Part shown: in pieces, positions 1 to 12,000 of the stretch
Layout: every line of letters starts with the position of its first letter
Numbering within the stretch: position 1 is the stretch's first letter
Origin: Eledone cirrhosa
Lineage: Eukaryota
Assembly: GCA_964016885.1 (NCBI GenBank)
Contig: OZ024740.1
Coordinates: forward strand, 69,006,001-69,070,000
Length of the DNA stretch: 64,000 nt
Reading direction: 5' to 3'
The notes under the pieces: generated by a model
The model's database searches: none
Told to the model about the DNA's origin: nothing
Seen by the model: only the letters and a program-made list of their open reading frames with translations
Program-made: the position numbers and the translations under genes

Positions 1-289
1 CGAAACGATATACGGAAAAAATGAAACGAAACTTCATTTCCCACTCTTAGTACGGCGGTTACTTAATTATAAGTATGTACACGTACATACATATATGTAT
101 ACAGACGTACAGTAGTATGTACATATATATACATACATGCACACTTATATATATGCACGTATCGGTTTACTGAACATTTATTATAATGCTCGGTTTGTTT
201 GTTTGTACATGTGTGCATGTATGTATATATATACATACTACTGTACGTCTGTATACATATACGCAGGTACGTATACATACCTACATACT

Positions 290-332
<43 letters not shown>

Positions 333-489
333 GGATACTATTTATAGTTATGTATATTTTAAACTTTTTATAATTATGTATATTTTAAACTATAAACAGG
401 GAAGATCAGTAATTTATTAATACCTTATTCCCAGTTAGATAAATAGCTCAATGTAAGAACATCAGTTGTTCTACGGAGCAGTTATATAG

Positions 490-960
490 AATTCACAAGG
501 ATCAAAGCTATGTTCAAAGCATTCATATACTTACAATTGTTTCATCCAAAACTAGGCTTGGACTCTTCGGAGCATTTTTCAATGCTTGTACATATAATTG
601 ACCTCCTCTCCAACGCAAGAGACATACAGATACATATATATATATATTGATGTACAATGGAGTGACATATATTATACTATACTATATTTGTCTAGCAAAT
701 CTAATTTAAAATTAAAATTTAAAACTAAAATTCATGCGGCAGATATCACAGATAATGCAAGAGGATAGTTCGGTAATCAGATCTAGTAGATAGTGTATGC
801 GTTAGTCATACATGGATCATGCAAGTGTGTTTCATTTATATACGAGTATTGTGTGGCAAGTTATTACATGTAATACAAGCACTTTAAGCGGGTAAGCAAG
901 AGTATTATGGTGCTGTAGTGGGAGGGTATTTTTTGTATAGATCAAAAAAGTATGTATGCA
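490..960 (-). mobile_element. Penelope-like element terminal (pseudo-LTR) fragment, family shared with 47378-47900
   Basis: Similar by eye to 47378-47900 (atcaaag.tatgttcaaa...tgtacatataatt.acctcct); carries a minus-strand hammerhead motif. Right boundary is approximate. Confidence 0.55.
527..575 (-). ncRNA. minimal type I hammerhead ribozyme motif (core CCGAAGA)
   Basis: Minus strand reads TGCT CCGAAGA GTCCAA-gcctagtt-TTGGAT GAAAC-aatt-GTA^AGTA, with palindromic stem III ACAATTGT as in PLE minimal hammerheads. U4 is changed to C. Confidence 0.65.
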
Positions 961-1020
961 GAAAAATAAAAATAAAAAGTAAAAGAAAGTTATAGTTTTC
1001 GCACGCATACGAATTTTATT

Positions 1021-1284
1021 CTACGACTTCAGTTATACCATTTACGTGGTTTTGTCTTTTCGTGCAATTGCTATCACCGCTCCACATATGACGTATTATC
1101 TTTGTTTTTTTCGTTCATTGCCAGAGAACGTCTCTATGAACCACATAATAGAATATTAGTTTACGACTTCTTTTATACCATAAACGTGGTTTTGTCTTTG
1201 CGAGTAATTGTTTTTCACCGCTCCAAATAATGACATATTATATTCGTTTTTTTCCCGTTCTTTGCCAAGGAACGTTTCCACGAA
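1021..1284. repeat. diverged tandem duplication, two ~120 bp units with ~140 bp period
   Basis: tacgacttc...cgtggttttgtcttt...caccgctcca...ttgcca..gaacgt occurs at ~1021-1141 and ~1162-1284. Confidence 0.8.
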
Positions 1285-1523
1285 CTAAAGTATCGTCTTC
1301 CTGTCTTTCTCCGGTTGTAACGTTTTTTGAAATATTTACTTCTGCGTTTACAGATTGACTTTCTTAGTTTCAGAAGATCCCCTTAAGTGTGAAAGCAGCG
1401 ATTCTTTGCTTAAACTTGAATCTGTTATTTTAATAAATATTTGCTCTACGGTTCTTATGTATTTGATATATATTTATCCTTATCGAACCCTCCTTGGATT
1501 TTAGTCTTCAAATGTATTATTAT

Positions 1524-1942
<419 letters not shown>

Positions 1943-2173
1943 ACCTCTGTCTAGTTTGTGTATATGTAAATCTTTATATTTGATAATCTCCCTATAAGTT
2001 TGAGATGCAATTTGGGCAATATTAGGCTGCGCTTTCTAGCAACCAGCCTACTAGGCGGAGGCACCAATCACATTCTTTCTGACTTGTCCACTGCCACTTC
2101 ACAGTTCTTATCCATTTTGAATTCGTTTATGGCGGGGATTATTTAAGAAAAAATCTTTGTCCAAGTGAGTTTG

Positions 2174-2250
2174 TTTCCTGATGAGTTCGAAGCTCAAGAA
2201 TATATCCTTGATAAGATATTTCTGAAAGCGACGAAACCTAAGGGTAGGAA
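2174..2250 (+). ncRNA. type I hammerhead ribozyme motif with long stem II
   Basis: TTTC CTGATGA(2178-2184) GT..long imperfect stem II..AC GAAAC CTAAGG GTA^(2244-2246) GGAA; canonical core. Confidence 0.65.
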
Positions 2251-2552
2251 GGTAATCCTGGTATGTGTATATGCATTTTTTCTTCTAACTTTAATTTTAT
2301 ACCTAATTGTGTATGGTTGACGATATATTTAATCAATTTCCACGTGGTATTGAAATGATGGGTAAATATTCTATGGCTGTTGATCGCGAATAAATAACTA
2401 TCGTTTATTTATCTATTATTTCTTCACAGGTGCCTTTTCATCTTATAGTGTGGTTCAATTGTTTTTTTGTGTGGTTGATTATGCTAATTGGGAGAGGAAA
2501 TCGAGTACATATCATATCAAATGATTCTTAGGACATAATTTATAGTATATAA

Positions 2553-2660
<108 letters not shown>

Positions 2661-2761
2661 TTATATATGTATATATGTATGTATATGTGTATGTGTGTGT
2701 ATATGTGTGTATATGTGTATATGTATGTGTATGTGTATATATATATATGTGTATATATATA

Positions 2762-3555
2762 TATATCGGTAAACGGAATAGAAAATGCTGACAAATTGTT
2801 CACAGTTGAAAAATTTTTTAATTAGGAATAAAAGAGTATTAGTAATTGTATGGGTTAGTATTCAGTTGTGGTTTTAAGTTTTTAAGTTTTTACCGGTTGC
2901 GCATTTCTAAATGCTTTTCAAAAATAATTTTGAGTTAGAGTGTCCGTGTTGTTTGCCCTGATCTGATTAGTTTTGGGAATTCTAGCCGTTGTTATGTTTA
3001 AAAAAGTGGCTCCAGCGCTACTTTGGTGTTCCAAAAATTCTTGTGGTCAAAACAATTTTGATTGGTCGGTAGAGGTCAGGTGAATGTAAAAAATTGATTT
3101 TGCGCCAAGACTGTTTTTATGTTAAAAAACACCAAGTAGCGCTGGAGCCACTTTTTTAACATAAAAACACTCTTGGCGCAAAATCAATTTTTTACATTCA
3201 CATGACCTCTACCGACCAATCAAAATTGTTTTGGCCACAAGAATTTTTGCAACACCAAAGTAGCGCTGGAGCCACTTTTTTAACATAAAAACAGGTAGAA
3301 TTCCCAAAACTAATCAGATCAGAGCAAACAACACGGACACTCTATCTCAAAATTATTTTTGAAAAGCATTTAGAAATGCGCAACCGGTAAAAACTTAAAA
3401 ATTTAAAACCACAACTGAATACTAACCCATACAATTACTAATACTCTTTTATTCCTAATTAAACCATTTTTCAACTGTGAACATTTAGTCAGCATTTTCT
3501 ATTCCGTTTACCAATATATACTAACTTGTGTGTTACACCTCTATTCTTTTAACTA
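2762..3555. mobile_element. inverted pair of PLE-type pseudo-LTRs (minus copy 2762-3129, plus copy 3130-3555)
   Basis: ~370 bp near-perfect inverted repeat. Only the plus copy has an extra ~35 nt 3' tail (taacttgtgtgttacacctctattcttttaact). Flanked by (TA)n; each arm has a hammerhead-like motif. Confidence 0.7.
3356..3393 (+). ncRNA. variant minimal hammerhead-like motif (core UUGAAAA ... GCAA)
   Basis: TTT TTGAAAA GCATTT-ag-AAATGC GCAA CCG GTA^AAAA; mirrored at ~2887-2925(-), ~48651-48688(-) and ~49846-49883(+). Confidence 0.45.
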
Positions 3556-3767
3556 TATATATATGTGTGTGTGTGTATTTATATATATGTATATATATGT
3601 ATATATATATATATATTTTCCTATTACCCACTCTACTACCCCAAGTATTGAGTACTTTGGTGCGTTATGGTCCACCTGGTTCCTTACCACATTTCCTTCG
3701 TTATATATATATATATATATATATATGCATATGTGTGTATATATATATATATGTATGTATATATATT

Positions 3768-4376
3768 ATGTCAGGTCACCAGTTGGTGCTACTGGTAACA
3801 TGTATCCCAGTACAACCTGTCTCATGGTCGGGTCGTTGGCGACTAAATTGGCAACCCCGCCAAGGTTTCTTGGTTAGGAGGGTGACTTTTGACATCCTGC
3901 AGGACTAAAAGCAAAACCTGTCAAAGGGCAAAGGAGCTCTTAATAGTCAATAGCCATCCAAAATCGCCGGGAGAGATGACTCCTTAGCCTTTGTCAAGGC
4001 AGAATTCTAGGAGAACGAAAACTCTGATATAACACCTGCAACCCTGATGGTATCCAATGATGTTGACTTCTACTTTTTGGTAAATATAAATTTGTCTAAG
4101 ACAGTGGGACTGGCTCTGTGCAGTGCCTTTGCTCACTATAAAAGCTTCACGGCACAGGCAATGCTTTATATCTGGAGATCTCTCTGCACTTGTTGTCACA
4201 TCGTACCATGGGCCCAGCACTATGTGTCAATAATTGTCACAAGTGTAGTGTTTGTACCAGAGTTTTCAAGTCGCTGGCTGGACTAAAAATCCACACTCGT
4301 TCAGCGCATCGGTAGGGGTTCTCCTACATGGATATAAATTAGTGGCCGTACTCGAAAACGAGTTGGCAACCACCAT
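3768..4376 (+). mobile_element. probable non-autonomous RTE-derived element (RTE-like 5' UTR joined to a LINE-like 3' end)
   Basis: ctaggagaacgaaaactctga (~4007-4027) resembles RTE 5'-UTR motifs from memory. GC-richer structured block between (TA)n tracts, ending in a CA/TA tail; no ORF. Confidence 0.45.
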
Positions 4377-4397
4377 ACACACATATATATATATATA

Positions 4398-4465
<68 letters not shown>

Positions 4466-4740
4466 TGCGTGTGTGTGTGTGTGTGTGAATGTTTCTGTTG
4501 ACACCTGGAATATAGCTTAAGAGAAATATGACAATAATGATATGATAGGCACCCAATATTTTGAATTGGTTTATAGAATTCTTTCTAACTTTGTCACCCT
4601 AAATATAAATTATAGCCTTAAAGAATTGGCTTTTAATGAATTCCCTTTTCTTTCAACCAAAGACCTCCACCCATCCCACTTCCCAACCTCTCCTAACACC
4701 TGAAAAGATATAAATACTACAACATTTATTTTGGAAAGCC

Positions 4741-4791
4741 AGATTCCTGATGATTTCTAAAGAATGAAACAGTTCTAGTCCTGTAGAATCT
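4741..4791 (+). ncRNA. type I hammerhead ribozyme motif
   Basis: AGATTC CTGATGA TTTC-taaa-GAAT GAAACAG-ttctagtc-CTGTA^GAATCT; perfect 6-bp stem I, 4-bp stem III, canonical core; first stem II pair is U-U. Confidence 0.75.
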
Positions 4792-4805
4792 CATCTATAT
4801 TAAAA

Positions 4806-4839
<34 letters not shown>

Positions 4840-4843
<4 letters not shown>

Positions 4844-5248
4844 GAGAGGTTTTTTTTTACAGAATGAAAAATAACCGAGGTGTCCTACACGAGTGAAAGT
4901 ATAAAGAAAAAGAGATGAAATCGAAAATGCAACTGAAGTCTTATTTTTTTTTTAAATATATATATTTATTTGGTTCCTTTACCGGTTTCGCAGTTCTTCT
5001 GCATTTCAAAAGGTGAGTTGAGATGGAGGGTTTGTGGTTTTTCTCACATCTGGTTGGTCTCTGAATGTTACTTGTTTTATATGGAAAAAGTGGCTCGAAA
5101 TGCCAGGTTTTTCGAGAAGTAATTTGATTGGTTTGTCAATAATTATAATAAATTTCGCGCCAGTTCGCGTTACAATAGTTCTTCAAATAAGAGAGGGGGC
5201 GGGGTTACTTTAGAACACATATTCAAGTTGTATTGATTATAGCATAAT
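4840..5248 (-). mobile_element. PLE-type terminal fragment distantly related to the 2762-3555 family
   Basis: accggtttcgc...gagat..ag..t...aaaaagtggctc...gattgg...gcgcca is colinear with ~2890-3110. Confidence 0.55.
4976..5013 (-). ncRNA. variant minimal hammerhead motif (core UUGAAAU)
   Basis: Minus strand reads CCTT TTGAAAT GCAG-aagaa-CTGC GAAAC-cg-GTA^AAGG; palindromic ACCGGT stem III. Confidence 0.6.
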
Positions 5249-5439
5249 TGTTTCTACTTTAGGCACAAGGCCAGAAATTATCCAGTGCATTACTGGTACT
5301 TTATTTTATCGACCCTGTAAGGAAGAAAGGCAAAGTCAACCTCGGCGGGATTTGAACTCAGATCATAAAGGGACGTAACTATGCTGGAAAGCATGGCGTC
5401 CGACCCTCTACCGATACTGCCAATCCACCGCCCTAGATA
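5249..5439 (-). mobile_element. tRNA-derived SINE (Meta-domain-like core) with 18-bp TSD
   Basis: Minus strand has A box (TGGCAGTATCGG), B box (GAGTTCAAATCCC) and a core tttgcctttc..cct..c.gggtcgataaaataaagtaccag. TSD tattgattatagcataat at 5231-5248 and 5440-5457. Confidence 0.9.
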
Positions 5440-5505
5440 TATTGATTATAGCATAATGTTGAACAATCACATGCACACTATTATATTATAAACTATATAG
5501 GTATA

Positions 5506-5650
<145 letters not shown>

Positions 5651-5733
5651 ATAGTGTGCATGTGATTGTTCAACATTATGCTATAATCAATACAACTTGA
5701 ATATGTGTTCTAAAGTACACTCATGCATAATAT

Positions 5734-6181
5734 ACTAGACCTGAAAAATGCGCAAGCTCAAAAGAGCCACAGAATGTTATAATAAACCTTCAAATGTGTG
5801 GGACTGGAATTGTTGCTCAACAATATTGTAATCATTAACTATCGTACACTCTGTGGCATCCTTTTATAAAAAAAAGAGACTCATAACGACTTCAAGACGA
5901 CACAATAATTATTTAAGCTAATGTTCAATATATCATATTATATGTTTAGTAATGATTAATACGAAATGCACTTAAACCGAATTCTATGTTATAAATTCAT
6001 TTAAATAATTATCGTGTCGTCTTGAGTTATTTTTGAGTCTCTTTTTTATAAAAGGATGTCACAGAGTGTACGATAGATAATGATTACAATATTGTTGAGC
6101 AACTACTCTAGTGCTAAACTTTTGAAGGTTTATTATAATATTCTGTGGCTCTTTTGAGCTTGCACATTTTTCAGGTTTAGT
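5734..6181. mobile_element. fold-back / MITE-like element with ~180 bp imperfect terminal inverted repeats
   Basis: 5734-5916 is the approximate reverse complement of 6001-6181 (actagacctgaaaaatg...catttttcaggtttagt); no TSD identified. Confidence 0.75.
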
Positions 6182-7696
6182 TTAATATTTGTTTAAAGCA
6201 ACGCTTGTAATAACTCTAGTTAAACATGATATATATTATTAATAAATTATCGTTGTAATGTAATTAGAATATATAATTGTTATTTTATAAATGATCTTAT
6301 ACATATTATTGTATGATGTATAAAAATATTTCAGATTTTAATTTATAAAATAATCTAACATGAAACGAACAATAATATGGACATATATGCAAGTAAGTAT
6401 GATACAACCAATATTCTAAGCATGTTATAACGATCTGGAAAAAAATAGTTAATATAAATTTAAAAAATCATATATAAATTAACAATATAACTTACCAAAA
6501 CGAGAAAAATATTTTGATGATAAAACGACAAAATACAGGAGAGAGATTCGAAAGCGAAACGATAAATAAACGTTCAAACAAAACGCTTTTACGAAACAAT
6601 TACTCTCGTTGGTTGATTAGCCAATAAGACGATGAAATTAGCCAATAAGACGATACATTACAAAACATGTTTGGAAGGAATCGCCACGGTCAGCGATACC
6701 CCTTGAATCTTTTATTCACAAGCTACGCATATAATGTCAGACATGCAGACTTAAAACATTCTGTTGTTAGTCACTGCGTGTCTAACAAATATCTTGAGTT
6801 CACCGGAAATGAATCATTCTTCATATTATAAATTCGAAAGAAGCGAACAATATACACATTTATAATCTATACTTGTAAACCTTAAGGCTATACGAACTTT
6901 GATCATTTAATTCCCTCACTCACACCACCAATAAAACATCCAGTAATGTTTTTAATTAACAAATATTTGTGCATCGCTTACCTTAACTCAGTGGTTTCTA
7001 ACTGTCGTAAATCTTGCATTAATATTCACTCTGATATACATCGATGCTTATTACAGCAGTCTGTTCACCTGTATAACATATTGTATCACTTCCCTTCTGA
7101 CTTGACCATTAATTCAATATAGCCAAATACTCACCATCTAAAGTGTGATGAAACTGCGACGTGATGCTGTGGTTTAATTCATCTAAGACGTGTCATAGAT
7201 CGTAAAAGTAATCGCATTTCACGCGAAATACAAGACACACGGAAAGTAACGAACCAGACATATTGATGGATATAGGATGTAATGGCTTCAATTTAGTTTA
7301 TATCAACTTAAAGGGTTTCAATTTTGTTTTTAGATGATTGAACAAGAAACTATCCTATAATTAGTTGTCAAATGTAAATCTTCGTTCACGCATTCTGCCG
7401 TCTCACAGGTGCTATTCCAATGTTTGACTCACCGGGAAAGAATTTCAATTCCTATTTGTTATTCATTCGGCCAGTCTTTTAAATTATTTCTTCTATCCAT
7501 CCTTTTTGCTGATGGAAACCGAATTATCACAAATATCCTTTAGTTAAACAGTGATTCACAGAAGTAAGAAAATATGGATTTCCGGCATAAGTACAACTTA
7601 CTGAATCCATTACTTGCCTGACAGAAATGTGGTTTTCTAACATTCAGGCATTTTCAAAGAGTATTAGTGGCGCAAGTCAATTGCATATTAATAATA

Positions 7697-7727
<31 letters not shown>

Positions 7728-7728
7728 T

Positions 7729-8050
7729 ACGAGAGTGCAAGAGAAGGAGAGGGAGAAAATTAACCGATACCAGGACCTAAAGTGGGAGGTGAAAAGGATT
7801 TGGAACTGCCATGAAGTCAAAGTGATCCCGATTGTCATAGGCGCACTGGGGACTATCTCCAAAAGTTTCCAGGGATGGTTAAAGAAAATCGGCCCCTTCA
7901 CGCTTTTTGGAACGCTTCAAAAGGCATGCTTGCTTGGAACAGCAAGAACCCTCCGATACGTCCTGAATATCTGAGGCTGCACGTAGTGGCTTGATATTCA
8001 TTCCAACGGACTTTCCAGTTAACCAACATCAATGACTGAGATTCAAGGAA
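7729..8050 (+). mobile_element. 5'-truncated R4/Dong-like family A fragment (REL C-terminus + 3' UTR) in (AAT)n
   Basis: EKEREKINRYQDLKWE...IVIGALG...KACLLGTARTLR; (AAT)n on both sides. Confidence 0.9.
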
Positions 8051-8060
8051 TAACAACAAC

Positions 8061-8155
<95 letters not shown>
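8051..8155. repeat. (AAT)n microsatellite / element tail
   Basis: direct reading. Confidence 0.95.
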
Positions 8156-8367
8156 GGCGCAATAGGTACTATCTCAAAAAGTTTCCAGGGATGGTTAAAG
8201 AAAATTGGCCCCGCCCCGCTTTTTGGAACACTTCAAAAGGTATGCTTGCTGGGAACAGCAAGAACCCTCCGATGCGTCCTGAATATCTGAGGCTGCAGGT
8301 AGTGGCTTGATATTCATTTCAACAAACTTTCCAGTTAACTAACATCAATGACTGAGACTCAAAGAAC
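8156..8367 (+). mobile_element. 5'-truncated R4/Dong-like family A 3' fragment
   Basis: matches ~12341-12553; flanked by (AAT)n. Confidence 0.9.
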
Positions 8368-8390
8368 AATAATAATAATAATAATAATAA

Positions 8391-9000
8391 TATTTAACTT
8401 TGGATCAGAACTGTTATAGTCGAAAAAGAGAAAAATGAATAAATGGACAGACAGGCAAATAATTTCACCACCTACACCACCACCGCCACCATCACCACTA
8501 CCACGCCAAAAACTCTAGTCAAGTTACCTCAACTCCTATTTCTACTTCAACTTCAACACCATTACTACAGTACTACGATCACATCACCACCAACACTGCC
8601 TCATTATCGCTACTGCCGCTATTCTCTCCCACTACATCCTGCTAAGTACTACTAGCACAGCACCACCACCACCACTGCCTCATTATCACTACCACCGCTA
8701 TTCTCTACCACTACCTCTTGCCTGGCAGGCATCGTAGTATTCCCATTAAAAGAGGAAGGCATCAAAAGATACAAATAGACTGATTTGATGACCCGGTCAA
8801 AAAATCAAAAAAAAAATCAAAATCAAAACAGCACAGCAGCAACGAAACACGTAAAGAAAAGAAAAAAAGAAAGGAAATACAAACAGACAGACAAGAAAAA
8901 AACTAAGTCAGACATTCAAACATAACATTATAATGAAACCTATGCTTATTGTTTTTTTTTTTGCGGCGGGGTTACCTATTTGTTTGTTTGTTTATTTATG
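8391..9000 (+). repeat. ACC-rich non-coding spacer unit recurring in the cluster
   Basis: homologous to 36820-37432 (inverted) and partly to 18651-18995 and 24185-24545; contains an internal ~70 bp duplication. Confidence 0.75.
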
Positions 9001-9002
9001 TT

Positions 9003-12000
9003 CATCTACAGCGTGATAGTGCCACACTAAAATCACCGGGGGTGATGAAATCACTGGTGGTTATGTAACCATACATTCACCAACCCTCAATAAGAGTGTT
9101 TAAATATCGAACCTAAACAGTTCGAATAACGGTGAAGTGGAGACTGGAATGTCATGTGATAGACTCTCACCCAACAGGGGCTCCCTGGCTCAGCAGCAGG
9201 GACCTGGCTGTCAACCAAATACTGCTGGTGTCGGAGGGAGAAGAAGAAGAAGGAAAGGGACAAGAACCAAGTGGACGAAAGAATTGAATAGGACTGTTAT
9301 GCAATGTTACCTGAAGAGTAACCCAAAGGAGAAAGGCTATAGGACACGGATGCATAACATCTGGAACGAGATTGGTCTATTTAAATTAGATGAACAAAAA
9401 TTGGCCGGGCAGGCTCGGGTAATAAGAACTAATGGGTGGATAAGCGAGCTGGAACTGGAGGGACTGAGCAGAAATATTATGTTGGAAATGGAGAGTGGAG
9501 TATGCCAGGCAAACCAGCCAGTGGGAAATGAAGGTCAAGAGGTTGAGAGAACGAAGGAAGCATCCACGCAGACAATGATCTGAATGCTGAAATAAATAAT
9601 ACCTGGAACAAAGATACGGCCATTGAGGAGATGAATGCTGACGGGCTAGGACAAGATTTGGTTGATATCCTAAACTTAGTGATAGATGAAATGAACAATG
9701 ATAGTGGGAAACCTATGATCCTAAGATTTGTAGACAGGAAAAAGTTAAAAGAAACAACAGCTAAGGTAAACAACGTCATCCCATACCTTGAGGCGAGGAG
9801 CCTTCACCAGTGCAACAATATCCCCAAAGCAACAGCAAATGCGGTGAGGAAATTACTTGGCATAAAAGCGAGAGAAAACAACAAACAAGAAAGAGCAGAA
9901 CCTTGGTGGAAGAAACGACTGAATGGTCAAATCATGGAAATGAGAAATGACATTGGAAAGCTTGAGTCCCTACTGAATGGGACACTAAAAAACATAGACA
10001 CTAAAAATAGACTGGAAATAAAGTACAAAACTAGGAGGAAAAAGCTAAATTTTATCATAGTGTAACTGAAGCAATGTATTGTAGCAAAGGGCGCAAAAAT
10101 TAGGCGATACAGGAGCAGAGTCAGTCAGTATAGACAGAACCGCATGGTTGACAACAACCAGAAGATGTTGTTTGGACAGCTTGAAGGGAAAGAAAGAGGC
10201 AACGACTTGATCCCTGAGGCGGAACAAACTAAGACATTCTGGAGAGGAATATTGGAGCAGGATGTTAAACATAATGACCAGGCAGTGTGGATTGAGACTG
10301 TACGAAAGGAGATTAGTGAACAGGCACACCAACAAACTGATTTGAGTATCACAGTTGAAACTCTTAAGGGGCAGGCCCAAAAACTAACCAACTGGAAATC
10401 ACCAGGCCCAGATGGTGAGCAAGGGTATTGGATTAAAAATATAACATCCCTCCACCCGAAACTGACAACCATGTTCAACGACTGCTTGATGTCAGGTGAG
10501 GTACCAGAGTGGTTGACAAAAAGTACCACAGTTCTGATAATGAAAGACCGAATCAAGGGTAATGATGTTGCCAACTATACACCTATCACATGTCTGTCCG
10601 TAATGTGGAAACTGTTGACAAGCATTGTGTCTGAGGAAATCTACCATCACCTCCACACAAACAACTTGTTACCGGACGAACAGAAAGGATGCCGAAAGAA
10701 GTCCCGTGGTACAAAGGACCAGTTACTTATTGATAAGATGGTAATGAGGAATTGCAAGAGGAGACACACTGGTCTTGCAATAGGATTGATAATACTACAA
10801 AAAGGCATTTGACATGGTACCTCATTCTTGGATCACCAAAAGCCTAGAGATATTCAAGGTGGCAGATAACATCAGACAGTTGTTGAGCAAAAGTATGAAG
10901 TCCTGGATAACAGAGTCAACACCAGCTGGAGAGCCCCTCTGTTGTTTGTCCTTGCCCTGATGCCCCTGACCACTATACGGCGAAAAGTGAGAGCAGGATA
11001 CAAGTAGGGAAAGGGAGAGCTTACCATCAACCTCCTCCTCTTCATGGACGATCTTAAGCTCTTCGGGAAGAGTGAGAAGGAGTTGGATGTGCTTGTTGAC
11101 ACTGTCCGTATTTTCAGCAATGATATATGTATGCAATTTGGTATTAGTAAGTGTGGAGTCCTTGTGATGAAGAGGGGTAAATTGAGCAGAAGCAACGCAA
11201 TCCAGGTACCAACAGGTGAGATGATAAAAAAAATTGACACTGAAGGGGAATACAAGTATTTGGGTGTTCTGGAGGCTGATGACATCAAGAACAAAAAAAT
11301 GAAGGAATTGATAAGATCTGAATACATTCGGAGAGTAAGGAGCGTATTAAAGTCACATCTGAACAGTAGGAATGCCATAAGTGCAGTAAATTTACAAGCT
11401 GTCTATTATTAGGTACAATGCAGGAATTCTGAGATGGAATGTTGCTGAACAAAAAGAAATGGATAGGAAGACTAGGAAGCTATTGACTATGTACAACATG
11501 TTTCACAAGAGGAGTGATGTCGATAGACTCTACTTAAGGAGATCTGAAGGCGGAAGAGGTCTTATCAGCATAAAGGACTCTGTTCAGATGGAGAAAAACA
11601 ACCTACACAAATACGTGACTGATAATAAGGAGCCAATGCTCAGAATTGTACTGAAGCAGAGGACAACAGACCAGTGGATGTCCAAGGAGGAAATAACAAG
11701 GAGAAAGAGCAGCCTTCGTGAAAAATCCCTTCATAGTGCCTTCTTTGAGAAAACTGAATTTAGAGATCCACAGACATGGAACTGGTTGAGAAGAGGAGAC
11801 CTTAAAAAGGTTACAGAAGGAATGCTAATGGCTACGCAAGAGCAGGCCTTCAAAACGAAGTGGCTGAAACACCATATTTACAAGGAGGAGGCTAACCCAC
11901 TGTGTAGGATCTGTGGAGAGAGAGAGGAGACTGTGGCTCACATTGTATCCGAGTGTAAACACCTAACTCAGACTCACTATAAAGGATGGAGACATGATGT

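Noticed and set aside
3770-3890. HDV or twister ribozyme in the RTE-like leader (TCCCAG loop, GGAGGG)
   Set aside because: P2 partner and P1.1 spacing for HDV are absent; twister L1 and L4 motifs could not be threaded.
7433-7618. Minus-strand host exon (cag|...|gtgagt)
   Set aside because: Stops in all three frames and no other support.
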